A DNA stretch of 64,000 bases from Octopus vulgaris (lineage: Eukaryota): the NCBI GenBank assembly GCA_951406725.2, contig OX597814.1, positions 92,504,001 to 92,568,000 of the forward strand. The letters are read 5' to 3'. The stretch's first letter is position 1, and each line of letters starts with the position of its first letter. The translations under genes and the position numbers were made by a program. The notes under the pieces were generated by a model that saw nothing but the letters and a program-made list of their open reading frames with translations, did no database searches and was not told where the DNA came from. Of this stretch, positions 13,435 to 25,880 are shown in pieces.

Positions 13435-14380
13435 CGAGGGAGTGCTGAAAAGTTCCTGGCTTTGGGTAAAAGAAAATACAGGAGTATCAGTTGATTATGA
13501 TTTTATTCAACATATTTCCCTCTCGGAATCACGCACTTATTGCAGCGGTCTTTCAGTTTTTCTAAGTCCTGAAAAAGAACTCAGAAGGTTGGGTTTCCAA
13601 CCAGACCTCTGCAACAGCGATCACATCCGAATCAAAGTGAAATTTCGTTCCCTTGAGATGTTTCTTCAGTTGTGAAAAGAGGTGATAGTTGGAGAGGCCC
13701 AAGTCAGGAAAGTAAGGTGGATGGTCTACTAATTCGAAGCCAAAGTCGCGTATTTTCCGTAGAGTTTCATGTGTTGTGTGTGCTGGTACATTGTCCTACT
13801 AAAGCAGAACAACACAACTCGGCTTCCCACGGCGTTTCTCCTTCAAAGCTTCATGTAGTTCGTCCAGCATGTAGTATTCTGTGTTGATGGTGCGACCCTT
13901 TGGCAGGTATTTTATGAGGAGTACTCCGTCTTTGTCCCAGGACGCTGAAGCCAGAATCTTTCCAGTTAACTTCTGGGGTGCAGTGAATCGTTGTGCCGCC
14001 ACTCTATTGACTGTTTGATCTGAGGATCATAATCATGAAGCCAAGTTTCACCCATGGTGACTAAACGAGCCGCAAAATCAGCTTCTCCAGCTGCAACCAA
14101 GTCCAAAATCGCCTTTGATATATTCACTCTATTGCGCTTCTGAACTGCCTTCAGCCATTTCGGCACCCATTTTGCGGAAACTTTCTCATGTCTAGAATAT
14201 TGTAGATGATGTAGCCAACTCTGTTGCATGAAATCCCCAGAGTCTCAGCTATGTCTTTAGCTGAAATCCGGTGGTCCTCAAGAATCATGACGTACACAGC
14301 GTCGGCTTTGTCCTCCGTGGTTGCGGAAGTTGGCCATCTTGACGGGGGTTCATTTAAGACCTCGAAATGACCAGTCCGAA
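13435..14380 (-). mobile_element. Mariner transposon remnant (right TIR and decayed transposase)
   Basis: WVPKWL, LVTMGETWLHDYDP, WDKDGVLLIKYLPKGRTIN motifs; TA-CGAGGGAGTGCTGAAAAGT terminus at about 13433. Confidence 0.9.
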
Positions 14381-14885
14381 ATGTGTGTGTGCGTGTCTAA
14401 AATTTTGATATGCATGTATTGCTTTATATATATGTTTGAGAAATATCGATTTTAATCGAGTGAGCATTCAGAATATAAAGGTAATCAATTGTCAATGACT
14501 AATATTTAAATAGAACATATAGAAAAGACAATTCTTTCTATATTATTTTATGTTCAGGCAGGTTTGGAAATTTGATTTATAAATAAAACTGTAAAGTCAA
14601 ACAGTTATTGTTTTGTTTTTGTTTTGTTTTTGTTTTTTTCTATACATCAGAAAAATCTTTAAGTTTCCAGTCGCTGCAAGCCATTTATATCTTTATTTTA
14701 TCCTTTGTTTGGAATTGTCGACTGACATAACCCGAGGCAAATACATGACGCTAAATTTAAAAGTTTTACGGAACTGGGCAATTCATATGGAGAGAAAAAT
14801 AGGCTACAGTTTAAAAAGCATTCATGGGATGTGTGTGCGCGCGCCCTTCGGTCTTATCAGTCCTTTAATCGTTCAGAAATAGAAT

Positions 14886-14916
<31 letters not shown>

Positions 14917-15858
14917 AAATTCTTACATACAGTTTAATATTTTCAAGGAGGGTCTACTCGCAAAAAATGTTCTTCACGTAGTTACAATTTATGTCTTCAC
15001 TAAGAAAGAATTTCACCTACCGCTTTTGGTATTTTCTTTTAAAAACTACAGAAAAAAACCACAGACGCATTTTGATTCTATTTCACTTTGTCATCTCAGC
15101 ATAGGCTTCGTAGTATTGCTAAAATAGGTTATATTTGGCTGACTCTTTCTAATAAGACTGCTATACACCCAAAGTTACCCCCCACCATACACGCCAGAAT
15201 AATTAAAGTAATGTTGATCATTGACTAACATTGTCAGTCTTATTTATTTATTTATCTGTCATCTATGTTAATTATTTCTAATTAGCTTTTATTACACTCT
15301 TCATTAAATAGGATAACACTAAACTTTACCATTTTACGCAATCGGATGATGTCCTTTTGAAATATCTCTCTTTGATGTATTTTCAAAACCAGGTTATTTT
15401 TCATGCTTAATCATGAGCGATATTATTATACATTCACTTGGCGATTTATTGTTACTCCTATTTTTTTTTTTTTTTATAGTGAAGTGATGCTGAAAAACTG
15501 TATTACTTAATTTGTCGACCCAGGCAAAGTCGACTTCGGCGGAATTTGAACTCAGAACGTAAAGACAGACGAAATACAGCCGAGCATTTCGCCCGGCCTG
15601 CTAACGTTTCTGCACCTTACGTTTTATATTATTTATTTAATAGCAATTGTAATTCTTCTCGTTGGCGTTTCTCTTCTAAAATTATTTCTTTTCTCCGCAA
15701 ATTTTATATCAATATTTAAACGCTTCTTCCTGCATAGTTGTGTAAACACTTTATGCATAGACACATAGAAACAGCCATCCCAACATACATTCGTACATAC
15801 ATATATACATACATACATAACATACATATACACACACACACGTACGTACGTACATACA

Positions 15859-15892
<34 letters not shown>

Positions 15893-16394
15893 CATACATA
15901 CATACATACATACATACGTAAGTAAAATACGTTCAGAAATAAAGTAAGAAGAGAGAAAGAGAATTTTTTTTTACATACATTTTAATATTTCCAGAGAAAA
16001 AAATTGTTCTTTATGTCGTTATTATTAGTGCTTTCACTAAGAACGAATTTCACAACCTACTTTTGATACTTTCTTTTGAAAACTACGGAAAAAAATTAAT
16101 CGCGAAGTGGATATATTATATTGCACACGATTAGTGTGAGAATTAAGCAGGCTTGGCGAATACATTAGCGTGTGATATTAAGAAACGACATTCCTAAAAT
16201 AGTAGTTTCGTGTTATCTTAGTTAACAAAGGGAGCATCAAAAGCTAAAGCTTAAATCTTATAAGCGATCATCGTGCAATGTCTTAAAATAATTATATATC
16301 ATATAGGGAGAGTTTACGAAAAAACAAAAGACGAAGACAGGTGGTGTACAAAACAAACAGATGTATTAGTATAACGCTCAGGAATAGAAAACCT

Positions 16395-16430
16395 CTTTTA
16401 CGTTTCGAGCCTACGCTCTTCTACAGAAAG
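16395..16430 (-). ncRNA. Minimal type I hammerhead motif, core variant CUGUAGA
   Basis: CTTT-CTGTAGA-A-GAGC-GTAG-GCTC-GAAA-CG-TA-AAAG, inside a ~200-bp repeat at 16305-16510. Confidence 0.6.
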
Positions 16431-16519
16431 GGACACAGAAAAAACAAGGAGAGAAACAAGGAGAGAACAAAATGTGTGTAGTGGCTAACGATCTATCATG
16501 GCGACTACTGCCGGACATA

Positions 16520-16820
16520 TATGCGCCCTTTTCAAGCCTAGCCAGGCTCATGGGCCCAGTTTCCCGGTTTCTGTGGCGTATGTGTTCCCCCCACCTGGAC
16601 GGGACGCCAATCCATTGCAGCGTTACTCAAGAAACAGGAAGAAAGAGTGAGAGAAAGTTGGGGTGAAAGAGTGCAACATGGGTTGCCACCCACACTCCCT
16701 GCCGGAGCCTCGTTGAGCTTTATGTGTTTTCGCTCAAACACACAGCGCTCGGTCTGGGAATCGAAACCGCGATCCTCCGACCGCGAGTCCGCTGCTTTAA
16801 CTACTGGGCCATTGCGCCTC
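16520..16820 (-). mobile_element. tRNA-derived SINE family C (tRNA-Arg-like head); decayed copies at about 46660-46885 and 55560-55772
   Basis: Minus-strand head GGAGGCGCAATGGCCCAGTAGTTAAAGCAGCGGACTCGCGGTCGGAGGATCGCGGTTTCGATTCCC with A/B boxes. Confidence 0.75.
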
Positions 16821-16839
16821 CATATATATATATATATAT

Positions 16840-17500
16840 ACTCACACTGCTACCTTAACTTCTCCCACCTTACAGACACCAAGCTCTCCATCTCCTACTC
16901 CTAATTTCTCCGTTTGTTAAGGTTCTGCAGTGACGACCATGACTTTGAGACTCGGTCTCAACTCATGTCTCAACTTCATCCTTCGTGGATATCCCCTCAC
17001 TACTATCCACACTGCCCTTTCCAGAGCACATTCCGTTGGCCTTGCTTCTGCTCTTTCACCCCACCGTTTCCCGTCTCCCGTTTCTCGCTCATCTACCACT
17101 CCTTCACTCTGCCCCTCCAACATACCATTCTTCGAGCCTTCTGGCGACTCCAGTCCAACCTATCCACCTCGCACATCTTCCCCAACCTACCCATTCCCTC
17201 CTTCAAGCGAGGCCATAACTTACGTAACCCCTCTGGTCCACAGTTTCTTCCCTAACCCCTCCTCCCAGTCTGGTTCGTTTCCCTGCCCCCGCTCACGCTG
17301 CCCTACTTGCTCCCACCTCTCCAACACCACCATCCTCACAGGCACCCCCAACAATCGTCCCTGTCACACCACCGGCTCCTTGTACTTCTAGTAACATTAT
17401 CTACTGCATCTCCTGCTCTTTCTTCCTTTCCTTGTACATCGGTTAAACGGGACGCCACTTGGCTGACCGGTTAGCGGAGCACCTCCGAAACATCCTTTTC
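16840..17500 (+). mobile_element. Penelope-like element fragment (RT C-terminal region and GIY-YIG endonuclease)
   Basis: SHCYLNFS..KLSISYS*FLRLLRFCSDDHDF..FILRGYP; CPRSRCPTC; CTSSNIIYCISC..LYIG*TGRHLADRLAEHLRNI. Confidence 0.88.
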
Positions 17501-17592
17501 TCCTTTTTCGAGATGAGCAACAGTTTGTCGCTGAAAAAAGCATAATATTATTTTGTGAGTGGAATGAGTTTTTATCACTAGCTGCTGATTAT

Positions 17593-17637
17593 CACGCACT
17601 GACGACGGGTAACTATCCAGAAACCCGGGTCTGTGTG
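17593..17637 (+). ncRNA. Type I hammerhead ribozyme downstream of Penelope endonuclease
   Basis: CACGCA-CTGACGA-C-GGGTA-AC-TATCC-A-GAAA-CCCGGG-TC-TGTGTG: 6-bp stem I, 5-bp stem II, palindromic stem III, GUC cleavage triplet (cut after 17631). Confidence 0.82.
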
Positions 17638-17936
17638 TATCACGTAAGGCTAGAGATGGGCGCGATGACGTCCCCTCACAAATACTAATCGGACACAGAC
17701 AGTGTGTCGTTCGCCAGCTGGAGGAGATGTCTTCTTGGGGCTAAAAACAACAGTAACATCGTCCTCTACTGGCCGCCACATTTAGATGGCAAATATATTT
17801 TACGATTCCGTACTGTTTTGTTTACCTCTCGCTCAGAGATTTAATATAGCTTATTTCTCCTTTTCGAAAAAAAAGTCCGACTTACACAGAACAGAAATGA
17901 TAGCAGGAATTAAAGAGGTTGAGTAAGAGTTTTACG

Positions 17937-18032
17937 AGTTTAACATCTGTTTCTGGGAGGCTTTGTGGTCCAAAATAACGATGATTGTAACTTGATTCTA
18001 TCATCGGATAACATCAGCCTCCGTCTTCAAGG
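17937..18032 (-). ncRNA. Degenerate hammerhead motif within fold-back repeat
   Basis: TTGAAGA-C-GGAGGCT..AGCCTCC-CA-GAAA-CAGATG-TT; the sister arm shows the palindromic CAGCTG. Confidence 0.5.
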
Positions 18033-18470
18033 AAGAGTTTTACATTTCAGGCGTTGTCAACACGATGATGGAATCAAGTTACAATCATCATTATTTTGGA
18101 CCAACAGCTGTTGGGCTCGTAAAACGCTTACTCAACCCCTTTAATTCCTAATATCATTGCTATTCTGTGTAAGTCGGACTTTATATATATATATATACGT
18201 ACTTTTTTTGTAGTAAATGTATTTAATATTTTTTTGTATATCGACTTGCCTAATTTGCTTGTCCTTACATTTACTCCTCTACTAGGTCAAGATCAAATCT
18301 CTTGAGCACTGCGATGTGTATTCTATACAGAGCATACCTGTCTCTAACCTATAAACTATATATATAAACACATATGTGTGTGTGCTTGTGTTTGTGTTTG
18401 TGTTAAATAAAATGAGATAACAAAGCCAAGGCTGTGTAGAATTTATAGGACATTTATAAAGAGAAAGGTA

Positions 18471-18517
18471 GTCTTACAGCTGTTTCTGAGATATTAGTGA
18501 TATCCTTCATCGGAGGT
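18471..18517 (-). ncRNA. Degenerate type I hammerhead motif
   Basis: CCGATGA-A-GGATAT-CACTA-ATATCT-CA-GAAA-CAGCTG-TA-AG; U4>C, weak stem I. Confidence 0.55.
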
Positions 18518-18899
18518 GATATGATTGTATGTGTTGGTGTTATTATCGCTCTGGTTGTTACGGTTGTCGTGGAAGAAGGCTTTCTACCGCATTCCACTTA
18601 GTTTTGGTGAGCAGGAAAATTTGGTAACAGGAAAATTTGTTTGTGAAGGAATATGCATGTCCTTAAGATAGACTCCAACGAATTGTTTATCCATTAGGTA
18701 AGCGTTATCTGTAATAAGTGCTTGTATTAGCAACCCTCATGAGACACTTCAGTCGTATTGTTATCGAACCAAGAGTCTAACTATGCTCCTCCTGTAGCAC
18801 TTACATAGCCTTACCTGCCATCTTGGGTCTTCTGGATACCAATACCTCTCATATCATTGCTTTGTTGCTAATATAGGGCACTTATTACAGGACCTCATC

Positions 18900-20990
18900 G
18901 GACAAAAAGTGCTGGAAAGCTTTCTTCCACGGCAACCGTAAGATGTCGGTCTGGAAGTCGAATATTTTGTGATCCTCGATTCTTTTGCGCCAACATTTTA
19001 TATCTTCTACTCGCATTCCACACAATCAAACACACTCCCCAAACATCCTTGGTAACTTTAACCTCTACCAAACTGTATCTTTGTACCTGTCAGATCCCCC
19101 AACTACTGTTTTATCACAAATGATCAACACTTAATCACATACTACCACATATGCTACAGCTCCTTCAAGTTAGCCAACTGGTCGGAGCTCCACCAGTTTT
19201 ATGGCACTTATCACTGGCAACACACATGCTTCACATTTGGCCCTTCAGACACAGTTCGGGTAACTATAACCTTTTTTATGTATGTCCCTTCCCATCCCTC
19301 ACACAACAACAATGCTCCATGTCCCTAGCAAGTGGTTTATTTGTATTGTAGGTGTTCAGGCAAAGAACAAAACCTACAATGCCTAAAAACTTTCACCAAT
19401 TTTGCAAAATTGGGTGAAGTAACACCACAGCACGGTTTGCAAATTATGTCTTTGCGCATCACATGATCCTTAAGCTTTATCGAACTACAACCGATCCTTT
19501 TGGTCCCTTGTCGAAAGGATCACCACCAAGTTTGTGGATTATCTTTTCCTCCTCTCCTAAAGAACGATAGTTCTGTAAACGGCACTCCTCCCATCGAGAA
19601 AGCCTCCACTTTTGCTGCCTGATTTGCATGCAATTCCACACGAGATACCTATGACCAATCCGCTCCAAATCTTACCCTTCTCATTCCAATAAACACCTCT
19701 ACCTCGCTTAAACGCACGCCAAGTGTGGAAATACTTCCAACTACTGCAAACAAACATACCCACTCGGCCCTGACGATCTTGTTTCCTTTACATTTAAACA
19801 ACAGACTCAAGAATTTTCTCCTGTGCTCCTCAAACTCTTAAATCACTAACTTTCTTTGGGAATGTACCCTGACGTTACGTTTGGAGACATGCTTCAGTGT
19901 ATTCTATTTCAAAGAAAGGCAACCCTTCCGCCTCAGCTATCGTCCCATTGCCCTAATTTCTGACATCAACATGACCATTAACAATGATATTCTCCATCAG
20001 CTTCAATTTCTTTCTCTCCCATTTATCTCTCCCTCTCCCTCTTTCTCTCCTGTGTGACCACCAATACGCCTTCCACAGACCCACAGTCATGGGAGACTTA
20101 CTCTTTTATGCCATTCACCAGTATGCACTTGCTTTAGGGAAGTTCGGTGAAAGCAATGTTCTTACTCTGGACACAATAAAGCCTTTTCCCGCGTCTAGTA
20201 TGCAAATCTCCAATCGAAACTTCCCACCTACTGGTTCAACCCAGATAGGAAGCTACCGATCTCCTCTCTTAGCTCGGTAGCTTCCTATCTGGTCACACCA
20301 TTACGATATGTCTCGACGAAATTATTTCTGCTCCAAATTTCAATGAACTCTAGTGTTCCCCAGGGTTCGGTTTTGTTTCCTTTTCTCTTTCCTCCTAAAC
20401 GTTGAAAACTTAGCTGCCACATTCAACAACCCCTGCATTCCTTTCCAACCTTCCCTAACCATGCATCATTTATACACAACGAAGACATTGCATGCCAAAC
20501 ATGCATTGATTCCACAAGCTGAGGCCTTGTGAGCATCCTCCAGAGAATTGTACCAACTTTGTCTCTTAATAGCAAAACAAAAATAAAACTCAAGTACAGC
20601 CCATATCAACAAAATGCCACCACACCACATTCCCTCTGAACATGAGTGCCACTCAGCTAGAGCAAGTCAAAGTCGCTTTAACTAATGAGCTTCTTTATCA
20701 CCGAAGATCTCTCCGGGAAAAAAAAATACATCCTTAACATAGCTACGGGCCACAACCCAAACACAAACCCTTCTCTTCAGGACCAGAAGATATTTCAACT
20801 CCCAAAAGTTTTGGAACTCTATAAGTCGAATGAGACTCACAATGGGGTACTGCACCATCATCTGAAACGATTATACAGTTAAACACACAAACATGTAGGA
20901 TTGCATCCAGAGAAAGGCCACTCCACTGATTGTCATTCCATCGTTCACGGGCACACTCCAGCCGCTGGTCTACGGGTGTGCAGCATCAAT
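18900..20990 (+). mobile_element. Highly decayed CR1/L2-group LINE ORF2
   Basis: Remnants GNFN, SKKG..SYRPIAL, LLCDHQYAFH, an LDISKAF-like block and SSVPQGSVL. Confidence 0.72.
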
Positions 20991-21097
20991 CCCACTAGTT
21001 TTGGAGTACCTACAGAGGTCATAAGTACTGTCTCTTATTCCATTCACAGTAAGTAAAAACTAAACCATCATCATCATCATCATCACCACCACCAAAA

Positions 21098-21136
<39 letters not shown>

Positions 21137-21390
21137 TTATCATTATTATTATCATTATTAGAGCGGTGAGCTGGCAGAATCGTTAGCACGCCGGGAAAAA
21201 TGCTTAGCAGCATTTCCTCTGTCACTACGTTCAAAGTTCAAATTCCGCCGAAGTTAACTTTACCTTTCTTCCTTCCTAGTCGATAAAATAAGTACCAGTT
21301 GAGTTCTGGGGTCGATGTAATCGACTTATCTCCTCCCACAAAATTCAGATTGTGTACCTTTAGTAGAAAGGATTATTATTATTATTGTTG

Positions 21391-21442
<52 letters not shown>

Positions 21443-22165
21443 CATCATCGTTATTTGTCCTGATACCTATAGGATTTTGAGTAGACGATTGATGATGGAG
21501 TTTAAAAACTTGGCAAAATTTCTCTGCTATTTCCAACTGTTTGAATATCTCTAATGCACCAGTGTATATTGGAGTAAACCGTAACGGGCGTTCACACCGT
21601 CAAAAAAAAAAAGACATTTGTCAAGCAGTCTCCATGTCATCCAAATAATAACAATACTTGTTGACTTCACGTACCTTTTATGTGTCGGTTTTCTTATATA
21701 TTTCTGTCGCCTACTTTAACTCTCCTGCATACCTGTATCTCTTTAAATTTAAGTAGGTGTTCAGTAACTGAATACAATGCATGATCTACCAATATGATTT
21801 TAGTCTATGTTTTGTTTTTTATTGCTTTTTTTTTTGGTTTTTTTTTTTGTATGTTTCAGCAGATTCTATTCTTCTTTTTATGACCTCTTGGAAGGCCTTG
21901 TCAACTAGATTTTCCAGAATTGCGCCGAGATTTTTCCCACGATAGCACAACACTATAAACTAGTAAGGTAGGAATGTAGCAGACTTAGTCGACCTCAATA
22001 TAAGTTTTATACTTTGTTTACAAAAGTCAGCATAGATGGAATTTGAACTTACAACTTAAAAGAACTAATCTAAGTACTAGTTTATTCAGTTTGACTTTTC
22101 AAAGAATCTGCCAATTCTATTGCCTATAGAAACAGTGGTGATAATTTTACATTTTGACAAAAAAG

Positions 22166-23806
22166 GGCGGCGAGCTGGCAGAAACGTTTGCGTGTCGGGC
22201 GAAATGCTTAGCGGTATTTCGTCTGCCGCTACGTTCTGAGTTCAAATTCCGCCGAGGTCAACTTTGCCTTTCATCCTTTCGGGGTCGATTAAATAAGTAC
22301 CAGTTACGCACTGGGGTCGATGTAATCGACTTAATCTGTTTGCCTGTCCTTGTTTGTCCTCTCTCTGTTTAGCCCCTTGTGGGTAGTAAAGAAATAGGTA
22401 TTTCGTCTGCTGCTACGTTCTGAGTTCAAATTCCGCCGAGGTCGACTTTGCCTTTCATCCTTTCGGGGTCGATTAAATAAGTACCAGTTACGCACTGGGG
22501 TCGATATAATCGACTTAAACCGTTTGTCTGTCCTTGTTTGTCCTCTCTATGGGTAGTAAAGAAATAGATAATTTTAAATTTTGACAAAAAGCCACAAATA
22601 TGTTGAACTGTAAAGAAAATTCCCTATTCATTCAGCCTCAAAACATAACAGGTATTTATTCTGTCGATTCCAGGGGAATAAAAAGCAGGGTCGATGTGGC
22701 ATGGTTTGAATTCAGAATGCATCGAAACTCAAGACCTTTTTTACATCCACCACCCACCACCCTACTAGTCTAATCATCACTTCGCCTGAGTACTCTCAGT
22801 TCACCGTGGACGTAGTTCGCTGCCGATTCCATGCTGCCAACCATATGACTTCTTTTCTAGCCGCAGCTGTTGCTCATCAACAAACAAATAAATAGCATAA
22901 TACCAGTATGTCTCCGACAAGAACAGCAACCACAAACATTAAATCAGAATCAAAATGTTTTGGTTGACTTTTTTTAAGGGTCTGATAATCTTTAATTCGT
23001 TTATTACCCTGAAACAAATCATCTTGGTATTATCCTCGATAATGCTATCTATTTGAAGTTACATGCCTTCATCATCCTTCCCTTTAATCGAAACTGGACG
23101 TTTAGTTTTCTAAATTTGCTTCAACTTATATTGCTGTTAATTGTATTTCTTATTTCTTTATTGCTCACAAGGGGCTAAACATAAAGGGGGCAAACAAGGA
23201 GAGGCAAAGGGATTAAGTCGATTACATCGACCCCAGTGCGTAACTGGTACTTAATTTATCGACCCCGAAAGGATGAAAGGCAAAGTCGACCTCGATGGAA
23301 TTTGAACTCAGAACGTAACGGCAACGTAATACCTATTTCGTTACTACCCACAAGGGGCTAAACACAGAGAGGACAAACAAGGACAAACAAACGGATTAAG
23401 TCGATTACATCGACCCCAGTGCGAAACTGGTACTCATTTAATCGACCCCGAAAGGATGAAAGGCAAAGTCGACCTCGGCGGAATTTGAACTCAGAACGTA
23501 AGGGTAGACGAAATACGGCTATGCATTTCGCCCGGCGTGCTAATGTTTCTGCCAGCTCGCTGCTTTCAAAATATATATTTCTTTACTACCCACAAGGGGC
23601 TAAACACAGAGGGGACAAACAAGGACAGACAAATGGTTTAAGTCGATTACATCGACCCCAGTGCGTAACTGGTACTTAATTTATTGACCCCGAAAGGATG
23701 AAAGGCAAAGTCGACCTCGGCGGAATTTGAACTCAGAACGTAACGGTAGACGAAATACGGCTATGCATTTCACCCGGCATGCTAACGTTTCTGCCAGCTC
23801 GCCGCC
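22166..23806. mobile_element. Cluster of tRNA-derived SINE family B copies (plus 22166-22567; minus 23150-23806)
   Basis: Head GGCGGCGAGCTGGCAGAAACG..GAGTTCAAATTCC, body GCCTTTCATCCTTTCGGGGTCGAT..AAGTACCAG. More than 25 copies in the window (e.g. 21161-21372, 34966-35636, 45480-45680, 47790-48228, 51355-52548, 59574-61073, 63752-63920). Confidence 0.88.
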
Positions 23807-24598
23807 TTTGTTACTTGTATTTCTGTTGAGATTGTTGCTATTTATATTGTTTTTACTGCTGCGACTGTTGTGGTAACACAAAATACCTCCTGAATAATAA
23901 TTACTCCTGCAATTTGCATAGTATTTTATTTTGTGGTGTATGGTATAAGTTGCATTGTTTATAACAAAAGAACTAACGTTTTTTTTTTTTTTTTGTTACA
24001 TTAGTAATCGGTGTTCCTACTGTGATAACAGTTAACTGTTACATACCAACGAAAGTGAACCCGATTCTTTTAAAGCCGAGACATGTACAGAGTTGTCTCC
24101 CGTACTTGCCGAAATAATGAAAATTCCATCACTCACTGACATAGTATCCAAATCTCTATACCGCATTGATATTTTCATTTGAATTTCTGGTCGACTACAT
24201 TAAATATATCCCACTAAATGTATTAAATATATAATGTGTAATGAATATGTGAATTTAATGTCGCTGTGAAATGAGGCCCTTGGCTTACTGTGTGATCAAG
24301 TCAGTGACGAGCGAACAGATTTATCAAATACTCGCCAACCGTAAGCAACTAAGGGAGTGGAGTTGTAGCGATGGTCTTTCTTGGATTACAATGAATATGA
24401 TAGAGTCAATCGACCATCATACAGAGATATGTGCTTGCGACATTTGTTTGCAAAACTGAAATATTATTTGCACATCAACGGAAATGAAAACAAACTTTCC
24501 TTTATCGACAATGAAATTACTTTTTCTGTATTCATATGTGTGTGTCTAGTAACGAGTTAGCCGTATTTTTCTTCTGCACGAAGTAACACACACACACT

Positions 24599-24643
<45 letters not shown>

Positions 24644-24778
24644 TCACACACATACATACTCACACACACACTCACACACACAATCACACACATACACACA
24701 CACACACACAAACATACACACATTCACACGCTCACACATACACACACACACAAACACACACACACTCACACACACACA

Positions 24779-24863
<85 letters not shown>

Positions 24864-24950
24864 AATCCAAACGGGAAAACAAAAAAACAACAACAATGGA
24901 ACAATTACAGTATTATTATTAATAGGCGCTCAGGAAATGGAAGCAGGAGG

Positions 24951-24985
24951 GTATGACGTTTCGAGCGGAGCTCTTCGTCGGAAAC
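24951..24985 (-). ncRNA. Minimal hammerhead motif (degenerate copy)
   Basis: CCGACGA-A-GAGC-TCC-GCTC-GAAA-CG-TC; same repeat family as 28770-28980. Confidence 0.58.
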
Positions 24986-25154
24986 ATAAAGAAGGAAGAG
25001 AGAGGAAAGAAAGATCCCAGAGCGGGCAACAGGGATAGAGAAAAAAAACGACTGGTGTTTACGAGTTACACATGGTGAAGGCGGAAGTTTACGATAACAA
25101 GAGCAAAGTGGGTTTTTAAAGGCAAAAGAGTGGAGACAAGGTTGGTAACGCAAC

Positions 25155-25845
25155 AGATGTGTGTGTATGTGTGAGTGTGTGCGTGTGCGTGTGTGTATGT
25201 GTGTGTGTGAGGCGAGATAAAAAAAAACAAAAAATATATGTATGTGTTAGTGTGTGCGTCTGTGTGTAGGCGTGTGAGGTAGGGCGAGACAGTGGTCGGC
25301 ATAGCAGACAAAGGTCAGTAGTAAGAAAAAGAAGGAAGGAGGAAGGGAGGGAGGGGAAGGGGTGGGGGCGTATGTAGCGTGCCAGCGTGTGTTGAGTAGT
25401 AGTGTGTGTGTGTGTCCAGTGTCGTGGTAGTATTAATGGCGAGTAGATTGAATGTGTGTAAGAGTAATGTATATATTTAAGCAATGTGTGTATATGTGTG
25501 CGCGTGTGTGTAACAAAAAGGGGGGGGGGGTTAAGGAAAAAAGGACTCCAGCTGAGGGGAAGATGGAAGAGTGGTCCCGCGGAGACGGGCGTGGGAAAAC
25601 CCAACGACAAACGACGGTCCCAGGAACGCGCGGGAGGTCTCGTCGGGTCCAAGACCGAGGTGCATGCGGCGCGTATGCGTGCGCGAACCAGCGCAAGCGC
25701 GTGTGTGCGCGCGCCTGCGAGTATGCGCGTAAGTATGTATGTGTGTGGATGTGTGAGTGTGTCTGTGTGTATGTCTGGGTGGCAGTGTGTCCGATGAATG
25801 TATGTGAGTATGTGTGTATCTATGTGTGTGCATAGATGTATGTCC

Positions 25846-25880
<35 letters not shown>

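Noticed and set aside
14870-16095. Diverged ~170-190-bp direct repeat (14870-15058 and 15930-16095)
   Set aside because: No termini, ORF or ribozyme motif; probably an old local duplication or unclassified repeat.
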